Shown here: positions 13,101-25,100 of the stretch, piece after piece
Numbering within the stretch: the first letter of the stretch is position 1
Layout of the letters: each line of letters starts with the position of its first letter
The notes under the pieces: generated by a model
Seen by the model: only the letters and a program-made list of their open reading frames with translations
Told to the model about the DNA's origin: nothing
Databases searched by the model: none
Position numbers and translations under genes: made by a program
Origin: Phoronis australis
Taxonomy: Eukaryota; Animalia; Phoronida
Direction of reading: 5' to 3'
Assembly: GCA_002633005.1 (NCBI GenBank)
Contig: NMRA01000134.1
Coordinates: forward strand, 309,077 to 373,076
DNA: 64,000 nt

Positions 13101-16100
13101 CAGAGTGTCTGTTCTCAATAGAACACATAGCAGTGCCCTTGGTCGAGTTCAAGTCCTTTTCTATGGCTAATTGGATAATTTGTCTAGTAAAATATAGTAA
13201 GTACTATCATCCAACAATAGACCTTTCTTGAGGACACTGATCTACAGGTAAGTGTTGCTGTGACTGTTCTCTGGCATCTTAAATGTACACTTTGAATGGT
13301 TCACTGGTATAACATATATAACTGCTATTAAAATGATTTGTGTATTGACCTGTCACTAACCTGCAACTGGAAAGAAAGTTCAGTAGAAAATACTGTCTTG
13401 GACTTCTGCATTGTAAAAGTAGAGAAATTCTTTATGTATTACACACAAAAATAATTCTCAGAATTGTCATTTTGACTTTTAGTAAGACTGACTGCCTTGC
13501 AAGAATTGGATCAAAAATTGAGAATTGTGATTGAATCAAATTCCACTTTTTCCCCACTGTGTATTTGGAATTACCACAAATGAAAATACATGTTGATACG
13601 TGTCAAAATTATTATGTTTTTGTGTTGGTATATTAGATTGGGTTATTCAAGCTTCGTTTGACCAAGAATGTTTCTGTACAAGTCTTTTGATATATTTGCA
13701 CACACCACCTTTAATTGATTTCATTTTGTCATCTTTCTGATTTACAGAGATATGTCAGAGGTGGAAACCGTTGCCTATGAGGTGAGTTGTTTACCTTACG
13801 TTCTCGCCTACTTTGACAGGAAAAAATAGATTTTCCAAATTGTTGTCTTTCCTTTCACATTATTCACAATAGCTTATAGTATTGCCACGAATATTAAGTG
13901 ATAGAAGCTGTGGAAGCAAATTTGAAAATGGTTAAAGCATAACTAAGGGCTGCTTATCTTAATTTACTTGCCAGTCATCTTGTCGGCCATTCTGTAACTA
14001 CACGTACCTGTTACCTGTTTAGATAAAGGTTCGCCATTGTTGGCCAGGAGAATACCAAACTGTTCTTGGCCCAAGTCAATTTGAACACTTGCAATGTGAT
14101 TGGTGCGTTTTTCAGTTTCGTCTCAAGTAAGGTTTGGTGACAGTTAAGACGAGTTGCCTTATGCTAATAGGACGTTTTAGGATCAGTATTTTTATCGAAT
14201 CTTGACGGTGTGCATTCTTTACACCTGCAATTTTTTATGCATAATGAGCACGGGGGCTTGCTATTGAAGAAGTTGATAAATAAAAAACTAAAACCTATTT
14301 AAAAAATCTGCGATGGTTCCCTCAAAAATGCCATTATCAACATGCTGACAAAAAACCAGGAGGAAGAATACTTTTAAAACCTCTGTTCAAAGTCAATTTT
14401 TTTAATAAAAAATAAAGACAAATACACAAGAATAATAAATTAGGCTAGGAAATTTATTCACCTTTAAGAAAGTATGTACTTTGTAAGGTTAAAGCTAACG
14501 GAATTTAAGATATTTGCACATAAGTACAACCTGGTAAACAAGGTTCACGGTTACGTTAAGCAGTCTCTGAAGAGCTTGAGCAAACATGCTCACAGTGACT
14601 TTCACCACTTCTCTGTACACATTGTTTTGACCTTGGCATCAACCAGTTTCAGTAGGTTAGTGATGCTAAGTAAGAAGTTGTTTACCTTTTCATATGGAAA
14701 TGTCTTAAAAATTTTCAGACAAATTTCTAATGCTTACAGACTTCCAACTCAAAATTACTTCTAGTTTTCTAGTATCTGCATTTGCCTGTATTTATTTTTG
14801 CTTAGAATTGTTTCTCACTGGAGTTTCTAAAGGGAGCTAATACAATCTTGTCTGGTAATACAACTGACTTAGGGGCCTGTCATACTAACGTCGATTCGTC
14901 GATGTTTTGGGGAATTGCGGTCAGTATGAATGGATCGGTCCTGGATCGAAGTTAACAGCGCCAGTTAACTTTGCACTAAACAGGTGGAATTCATAGCGCA
15001 GCGTCGACGCTGTGGTGCAGTATGAACGGTCTACTTCGGTCCCATCGAAGTTATCGCCAGGTGTCACTGTTATCGTCAACAACTAAAGGGTAGCGTAGTC
15101 ACTACTAGTTATAATATTTTGCTCGAATAATCACCAATCGAATTAAAAATAAGTTTCATGTTTCCAAATTGTCACAGTTAAAGAAACCTTAGCATGCAGC
15201 GCTACCTTGCAATTACTTCGATGGCAACAGCGTCACCTTCCGTTTACTTCGATGTTCGTTAACTACTGAAGCCAGTGTGAACGGTTTAGTTAACTTCGCA
15301 GTTTACGTCGATGCCCCACTCAGAGCGGACTTAAGTCGGTATGAAAAGGCCTATAGTGAAGAATAAATGCTTGCTCTCCAATACATGTTGCTGTGTCCAC
15401 AACTTTGTCAATCACTCATACCTTCGTTGTCATGGTGGCGATGATTGACAAAGTGATTTTCTCACTGTTTGTTGGTTTTGGCATAGTTTGTAAATCACCA
15501 GGGTCTGTGATGCATGCACAAAGGTCCTTATAACAGAGGCCCAGTATGAAGCATGTCTGATACTAAGCATTTTCCTATACAGTTGACTCCACCATTGTCA
15601 AAGCTTCGAAATAAATTGTGGTTAACTGTCTGAAGTTAAGCATTAATTACCATTCCCATCAGATTCAGAGTTATTTAGTAAACTAGTTCATGGAAGTTAT
15701 CGCAAGGTGACGTTAATATGACCTTCACTGAGCAAAGACTGTATGATGTATGGTGGTAACTTGATTTGCGCACTCTTTACGTTCAGTGATTTTTTATGTA
15801 ACGAATCCAGCAACAGTGCATGGATTAATTGAAACAGAATGCTTACAGTGGCAGGTCATGCCCCCCCCCCCTAAAATTCTCCCTGATTCTATTTCGCTGT
15901 TTGGGGATGCAAATGTCTCACTCTGACGGGCAAAATTCTGTCGAATACTCTGCCCTGGCCCTCCCCCCTAACTCAAAATCCTGGGTCCACCCCTGGCTTA
16001 TATTGCCCAAATAACACTGAAGCTTCAAAGGCAGTGATAACTGAAAGGCCATATTAGCATGTTCTTAGCCTGTTACTAGCAGGTTTACCATGCAGTAACA

Positions 16101-19100
16101 GAGAATGCTGTCCATCAAACTTTCAATCACCATTTAGCACATGGAGCATTTTATGATGGCAAGCAATATAGAAAATGTCTATTGGGTACAAACATTATTG
16201 TATATTGTATGGGTTTTATGGTTATCAGGTTGCTTATCTGAGTGGAATGTTTATTGGCTCATCAGTGTAGATATAAAGAATGCAAGAATGTCTTCCCTTG
16301 TTTAATGGCTTTGCAAACATTTTGCGACATTTAATGCCTATGTGGGACTTCAGATTCCATGTTTGGTGCTTAGTATCTGAAGCGAAGTATATTCCAGATT
16401 GAGAAATATTTTGCTCCATTTGTGTTAATTTTTTTACTCTTTTTGATAAGATCGAAACATTGCTTAAAGAATTTTTTTTTGTTGAAAAATGGATAAATTT
16501 CAGAGTAGACTTTTTGGCTGATTTTCATTGTTTTCCTGGGCAAATTTTGACATTTGGATGAAAGTAAACATGTTAAAAACTTTTCCAACCATTTTTTGGA
16601 ACTTGTGTATTAGCAAACGAACTTGTGTCAAATTTAACCATCTTTTGTAATGTGTCCTGGCACTCTGCTTTTTACTTGAACAGAAGATTACCGCATGAAA
16701 CATCTCGACACATTTTAATGAAGGGAATGAATGACTTGAGCAAATTTCTTTGGTTGAAATTTACAAAAAGTCTACTATACTATAGTGCAATAAAAAGTTC
16801 TTACTAGTAAATTTGAGTACCAACACTCATTTCTTGAAAACAGGTAATGTGTATCAGAACTGTAATGCTGAAGTACATAATAGTTGAGCATTAAAAACTG
16901 TAAATTATCCCCTATTTGGAACTGTTTTCATGATTGTAAATTTCCTTCCTTCAAATCTAAAACATTAAATTTTCACCTTTTCTGATACATTTTAGCATCC
17001 CAAACTGACAAAATCCTCATTATTAAAGGGGCACTTCTGTCAATTGGTCTGTCTGGTTAATTCTATCACTTGGCTTTTGAAGTTTTAGTTACCGTGACAA
17101 TTAGTAGTTTGTACCAACAAAATAGATTGAAAGATAACCTGTGAATCTGTGACTGATAATGGTGTCACCTATTTTGAAGGGTTGACCAACCCCTGATAAT
17201 GACATAGCCTGGTTTTGAAGGGTTACTCAACTCTTTTGAAATTGATGTCTTTTGACATAATTCCTTTTAACTTGCCAATTCCCAGAATGATCTGTTTGAG
17301 AATAAAAATCACGATATGGAAATGTTTGAACAATAATTTATACTGTTGAGTAACTTAGAAGGAAATGTGATCTCAAACCTTATTCGAACTCATGTATCAA
17401 AAAATATGCTTGTCACCTAGTAACAGTGTATATTTTCTAAAAGGAAAAGATCAGGCAATATGAAAATATATTTTACATTTATATGCCATTAGTGTTATTA
17501 CGATAACACCTTTTTTAAGTCAAAATTTCATTTTTAAGAAAGGTACATTCATAACAAAATAACCCCTCTCAGATTACCTAAAAAACGCTGTTAGGAAATT
17601 TTCGATTTGCCTTTTCCTTTGATTTCTTTGACAAATCAACTCACAAAACGTAAGGCACGTTGTAAAAAAAAGGATTCGTTTTTGTCTTTGTTACATTACG
17701 CAAAAGCTAGACCTTTATATCGAAAATGCCAACAGTGTTTTTGAGATTGTTGAATAAATATTCAGTTTCAAAAGTTTCAGCGAAATCAACAATGCCGTTT
17801 TCAAGAACTCGTGCTCCTAAGTTCAAATTAAGTCAGTTTGCCGAAGGCGACAAATAGCCGATGGTGTGGCGAGACTTGAAAATCTTTAGGACTTCAGTTA
17901 ATTATTCCGTGAAAACTTGTTTTGGTCAATATAACTTATACACCCCTTGGCCACGATCATTATTTCAACATTCATGCACAAAGTCATCTGAATTTGCAGT
18001 GCACAATCAACTCTATTACCACAAAAACGTTTTATCAGCCAAGTCATTTCCCAATGTATGTTATCCAAGTAGGTCATGCGGGCGGAGCCAACTTGTTGGT
18101 GCATTATGGTCCACTTTAAAGTAGGTCAACAATTCACCACATGCTGAGAGACTGATATGAAAACCAAGTAGGAAATGGATACAGAAATCGGGTCGGAGGT
18201 TAAAGCACGTGAGCATGTGAGATTGAAACAGCGAAATGTCAAATTACCTGAATTAAGGAATTTGGGTGTGGATTTATCTCTTTTAACAACTTGTTGTGTT
18301 TGTGAAGTCACAGAGGCATGAGGCGACTCGTAGCATTTGTTCTCAACAATTGTATGCATGCAGACCCACAACTGTCTCAGGATCAAAGCTACATTTTATC
18401 TTCGTTTCCCCCGGCATTTTTCTGTTATATGTACACATTGTTGGCGCAATATTATGTCGAGTCGGTGAATGAAAGGACTTAAGGTATATACGGAGCTGCT
18501 CTGCGCCTGGCAGGAGATTCTATTTGCATGACAGCCCCGTAACCTTTGACCTCGGATAAGTAGTAAATAAATTTCCACGCGGTTGTGCGGTTCCAAGGTG
18601 GTTCTGCCAAATCTTTTTCTTGCTACACGGTGTACATTTCGTATTTGAAGTTCCCTGAGAATGAAGATAAGGTATTTTGCTAGACATATGGGAAATATTG
18701 TAAAAATGGCCAATTTTTGAGAATAAGATTTGAGATATCCTAAAGAATGTCATACTTTTATATTGAGGTTAACACATTGCACTTGTTCTCAATAGCTGAA
18801 ACACAAGCGTGAAGAGAATGATGAAGAACTTTTACTTAAGGTTCAGGAACAGATGAGACTCGACCGGGAACGTGAACAGGAAGAGCTTAGGATAATGAAG
18901 GAGAAATCAGTGAGTATACATGTTCGTAGTCTATTTTTGAAATCTTAAAGTGAGGCTGCTTGTGTGTTTTAGAAGGGTTAACATGCCAAAACTTCACCTG
19001 TGAGCCAATGGACGACTAGAAATGGTGTCTTGCCTCTTTTTAGAATTATTTTTTGAAAAAATCTAAATAAAAACAAAGCAAGACTGACACCATGGGCACG

Positions 19101-22100
19101 TGTCCCAACATAACGGTCACACAAGTTGTTGAGCCCGTGATGTGCCTGCAGTTTTTCACTTGAAAAAGCCCTCTACCAAGTGTATCAGATGTTATAATAA
19201 TCACCTACTTCTTGCTAGAGTACATAAGGTTTGCCCTAGGTCTACAGTGTGATAAAAATTTGGAACATCTAGGCATCTTATTAAAAAGTTTGAAAATCAA
19301 CCTGAACACAAAGTGAACACAACGTGAACACAAACTGAACACAAACTGAACACAAACTGAACACAAACTGAAAGCTGTGCCTGAATGTGGCTTTTCTGTC
19401 TGGAAATTTTTTTGAAACTTGCAATGAACTCCCAGGTTTTGAAACTTGTATTGTGATGTTTTGAGGAAACTTAAAGTCATGATAAAAATTCTAATGCATG
19501 AAAACATTAGAATGTCTTAAAAGTCAACACCACTGGTTTTGACCCATAATATAGTCATCGCCTTGGTAACCCTGCATAGAGAAGTCCCTGAATATTTTGT
19601 ATTCATGACATTCAACACAGTTTGATCTTCTTCGATTGCAACAGATTGCTGGATCTATTTTTGGATTGCAACAGATTTGCTAGATCTGTTTTTTCATTGC
19701 AACAGAGAGCCAAATCTGCTGTTTAATCGGAACAGATTTCCAAATATGTGCATAACTTATAACCATGTTGTCTTCTGTGTTTATCACAAGTTAGTGCACA
19801 CTAGGTACTTCCACTATAACTCACTGGCAGGTGGGGCAGTAATTCCCTGCTCAAGCCATTTCCGTAAGTCCTAGAAGTGAAGGTCTGGATCTTAGTTATG
19901 AACTAAGTAAACTCCTTCCTTGCCAAGGGCTCTTAGGGCCTATGTCTACTTGTCAGGACAATGGACTATTTGATAAGACATAAATTGCCATTACTATCTG
20001 GAGTAAAAGATCTCACTTGATGCATGTATTATGATGACAACTATATCTTTCTCCTTGATTCTTGTTTGCTTACCATAATTTCTTGTTTATTGCTTTTTTT
20101 GTTAAAAGACCAGCAAAACTCCATCATTCAGACAACCAGATATTCAACAAGGTGCTAGGACAAGCAGTAAACTTTTTCATGTGTATTCATTTCTCTTTAT
20201 CGTCCTTTCAGCAATTCACAACTGGCAACCTTTCCCCTCTAACTGCTTGGCACCTCACACTTGTCACAACTTATGTAAGGTCTGATATGGCCCCCCGCTT
20301 TGGAATTCCTATGAGTCTCTGATGGCCACAGTCTTTCACCAAATTTCCTGATGGTGATCGCTACTGTGCAAAATTTGAAATTTGTGAAGCATTGCTACTA
20401 CTATATCTTATCACTGAAAAAGTAAGGTATCACTCCTCTGCCATTCTGCTTCCTAACTTGGTGACCAGATTTTAACTAAGGCATGTTTTGAAACATTTGA
20501 AATGCTGGTAGTAGTAAGGGGTTTTTCAGTGTACTTACTCAGAGACGTGTTGGTACAGGATTAGTTGAGATTTCATCCTTTACTCACCTTCAACCACTCA
20601 GCCCAGCTTAGCTCATGTCAATACTGTTTGCACTGTTCAAAAGTAAGGTGATTCTCATCACCTACAACTGAACAGTCTTTATTAGTATACTGTCTCTGCT
20701 AGCTGCCATTAACACCTCTTAGTGTTGCCTGAGTTCTGCAGGCCAAAAGGTGGTTCAATAGGGACTGTGTGCAAAGTTGGAAATTCTTTCCGGTGGGGTT
20801 AGCCCAAGATATTGGTTTGGACTCCTTACTATGGGCAATACACCCTCAGACACTGAAGGAAAGAAGGAAGGCTCTAACAAAGATGGTGTAATATGTGAAG
20901 AGGCCAAAGATATGCTGGATGGTTGTGTGGACATGGACGCTATTGATGCAGATAGTTGCACTGTTGATGTTACGGAGGTCTCCAAGAAAGAATCTGGTCA
21001 TAAGCAAAAGGTTTTAAGCATTTCTGTTAATGAACAGTGATAGAACTAGTTTTGCAGTAACGTCCATTGTGTTCGTTACCTGCCTGTATGTGAGCAGACC
21101 ATGAAGTAGGACTTGTTGGTAAAGTCCCAGTCATGTATCGTGTTTGTTGCTATTTATACTATGGCCAGAATAAACACTCATTTGGAAATATTGATTTCTA
21201 TCTCTCCTCATATCAGAGGGAGCTCCACTGTCAAAGCTAGCTTAGCATGATCTGGCCACCTTGTCATGGTTTACAAGGAAAAACGTTCACTACAGCCCTT
21301 GCATTAACACATTGGTTATGCCCAGAAGGGGCCTTAGGTCCCTAGATCCCTACCTACGAGATCTAACGCCCAGTTGACCCCATTGATCTACTTGTAATAG
21401 GGTGTACTTGGATGGACTCGCATTCAATCCCACGGAGGGAGTCACTGGTTTTCATAGCGAATCCTTGAATGGGTACAGATAATATTTCCAACATATTCAC
21501 CTGTTATTGAAGCAATATAAGCTTGCTCCACCCGAACAAAACCTGTTCGTGACAAAGATTGAGGGGGGNGGGGGGGGGGGTTAGTAGAACTAATGTGTGT
21601 TCTTGCTTTGTCAGAAATGTTCAGGCAGGCCTTGAGAAGCTCTCTGAGTATTCACAGGAACTGTTGAAGCCAGTGAATACAGAACTGTGGAAACTAATTG
21701 TTAGACAAACAATAAGCAAAACAACTACATTGTGTTGTTTTACTGATAGGTTTTGTTTCTGAAAATTAGAACACTGTATTTTTGTGTTTAGGTAAGGTCA
21801 AGTGATACAATTAGTACATCACATATTCCAGTATGAAATCTGTATTGCAAATGTAACGCAACATTAGCTTGTCAAAAATGATTGGATACCCCCGGGACAT
21901 TGCTTATTCATTTACGATTATTGACTTACATTCCATGCATTTTCTGTCTGGATGAAAAATTGTGATAGAGAATATATTAGGTTAGAAGTAATAATGATTT
22001 TACTGTAGCAATAACTCAGACACTCCTCCAAGTCTTTATTCATAGCATTCGATGTGAAGTATTTGTTGTATGTTTAATGAATGTTGTAGGTATATTTATG

Positions 22101-25100
22101 AAAGCTATATAGTCCCTCTTCATGTGGATAATCATTTATTTGTCAAATATGGGATACAGGCAAGGAATTCGGGTGGGGCATAATTGGTCAAGTTTTGGAA
22201 ACCTGTCCAATGAAATAAAATGAAACTCGTTTTGGAATTTGGTAAAATCATTTTTACGTTGAGTGAAGTTATGTCCCCTGTTGGTAATTGTGGATGATGA
22301 ACGTATGAGTTGCATTTAGAGCTTGTTGATTAGTTTTGATCTTTCTTATGTATAATTATTTTGTTTCTTTCAGTTTACATGTGTTGCTGTAATGTAAAGC
22401 TTTATATCGTCCTGTTCAGCTGGTCAAGAAACAAAAATTTAACCCTAAGTTGTGAACAAGAACCTTGAAACCATCAGTGACTCACTAATAATGGCACGTG
22501 TATGCATCATTGTTTGTGACCTAAGTTGATAACAGAAATAGAATCCTATCATAATGAGGAATACTGTCAGACTGATTTTATGAGAATAAAAGGCCGAATT
22601 TGATTTTTGTTTATTAGCCAGCTAAACACGGCGAAATGCAGCTATATCATGGAACACTAATGTTGACAGTCTTGTTGCAGCATATTTTTATGTGCCCACA
22701 TATTTATATGTGGTCACATATTGCCGTCATCTGTGTTTGGGCATCCGGGCGTCCGTCGTCCGCAGTTGTATCTCCTAAACCCCTCACAGGATCTTGATGA
22801 GATTTGGCAGGTGTATTTCTATGAAGCTGATGACGAATGGCGACGAATTTCGGACCTCTTCGACTACCAGTGTGTCCCCTGGTGGCAATTTTAGTTTTTT
22901 ATGCTTACGTCTGTATCTTCGGAGGTGCTCCATGGATTTTCATAAAATTTGGAAGTTAGGACCTATCAGTGAGATGATGCCATCCTCCAGTTTTCGGACT
23001 TACTCGAGGTAGTTTACGCTACCTAAGTGGCCATTTTTACTGTTTTTTGGCGTCTGCCCTTCTATCAACCAAACCGCTTTAGGGATGATTTTGAAAATTG
23101 GCACATATGCTCTTTCTTTGATGAGGGCAGCTGATGATGATTTTCCGACGACTTCGATTACTGTGGTGCCACCTAGTGGTAGTTTTGTTTGTTTTTGCGG
23201 CCATAAGTGTATCTCCTGAACACTCTACAGGATCTTTATTGAATTTTGTTGGTGTATTTATATGAAGTTGACAACAGAGGACGACGACTTTCGAACCTAC
23301 CGGACTTCTGGTGTGCCCCCTTGTGGCAATTTTAGTTTTTTATGTTTACCTCTTTATTTTCAAAGGTTGTCAACAGATTTTCATAAAATTTGGCAGCTAG
23401 GCATCTATTAGTAAGGTGAAGCTAACATCCAGTTTTTGGTTGAATTCGAGGCATTTTGCACCACCAAGTGGCCATTTTTACTGTTTTCAAGTCTGTTTTT
23501 TGGCATCTGCCCTTCTGTCAACCAAACCACTCTAAGGATTATTGTGTAAATTGGCATGTATGTTCCTAATATGAAGAGGGCTGACGATTTTCTAATGACC
23601 TCAACTGCTGTGGCGTCTCCTTGTGGCAGTTTTTTTACGCCCATGGCTGTATCTCCTAAACCCTCTGCAGGATCTTTATCAAATTTAGCAAGTGTATTTA
23701 TATGAACTTCACAACAAACGACGACAACTTTCAGATGAATCGGACAATCGCTGTGCCCCCTAGTGGCAACATTAGTTTTTTAGTGTTACCTCAGTCTGTA
23801 TCTTCAATGGTCGTCAACGGATTGTCATAAAATTTGCCAGATAGGCATCTATTAATGAGCTGACGCTATTCTTTGGTTTTCAGTTTGATTTGGGTGATTT
23901 GTGCCACCCAGTGGCCATTTTTCCTGTTTTTGAGTCCTGTTATTTGGCGTCTGCCCCTCTGTCAACCAAACCACTCTAAGGATGCTTGTGGAAATTGGCA
24001 TGTATGTTCCTAATGTGAAGGGGAAGTCTGACAATGATTTTCTGACGACGTCATCTACTGTGGCGCCTCTTAGTGGCAGTTATGTTTTTTGCGCCTATAA
24101 CCTCCTAGTGGCAATTTCATTTTTTTTTGCTTTCCTCAGTTTCTCAGAAGTTCTTTGATAGATTTTTATGAAATTTGGTAAATAGCTTTGATGACACATA
24201 CCAGTTTTCGGATAGATTCGATGTATTTTGCATCATACAGTGGCAATTTTTATGTTCCACATAAGCACCCCTAGAAGCACACACTATTTGCGGTGCATTC
24301 ATAGGCGCATTTCAACACTCCGCTTTGCTCTTGTTACAATGACTTTATTGCTTGGTTGTGCCTTTTACAGCACGCGTGAGCACACCAGTATTGAGGTGCA
24401 CACCAGTGTTGGAGTGCACACCAGTATTGGGGTGCACACCATTATTGAGGTGCACATCAGTGTTGAGGTGCTCACCAGTGTCGAGGTGCACAAAATGTAA
24501 TATACACAGTGTTGGGGTGCACAAAATGTAATATACACTTATTGGCTGGTTAAGTTTGATTTTTATGTGAGGCCTGAAACAAAACAATAGCAATGGGATT
24601 CATGACGTAATTGTTGGTATTAAGTTTCACATAAAAATGATAGGCATGTGAATGTCACAGTGGGATTGACTAGAAATATTTTGGTACCAAACAGAATAGA
24701 AAACATGTGACCAAACTCACTAAAACAAAAACATGAAGGTTAACCTAGCTAGAATTCTCAAGTGTTAAGTTCCTAGACTGAAATATTTGTGTCAAATGTT
24801 TTCCTCAACAAGGCTTTTTGTAGTCGCACATTCAGTTGTTCTATAGTGTTCTAGGAGACTGCATGGAACACCACGGGGTTGTTAATAATTTAGATAAATT
24901 TCCAGAATGATGTTATGTGATAAGGTCACTTTTCCTGAAGTCTAAAAAATGTTATAACTCAAATGTCAAAGGCTTAGTCAAGTGTTAAAAACACCCAAAA
25001 TTTCACTTTATTGTTAAGTGACAGATGCATTATAGTAACTGCTAGTTGTGGAGCTAAGAAAAGTTATCATCTGTTTTTGTTAAAACATTTGACTAAATAA

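Noticed and set aside
21562-21580. G-run as a functional G4 element
   Set aside because: Contains an n; low-quality join.
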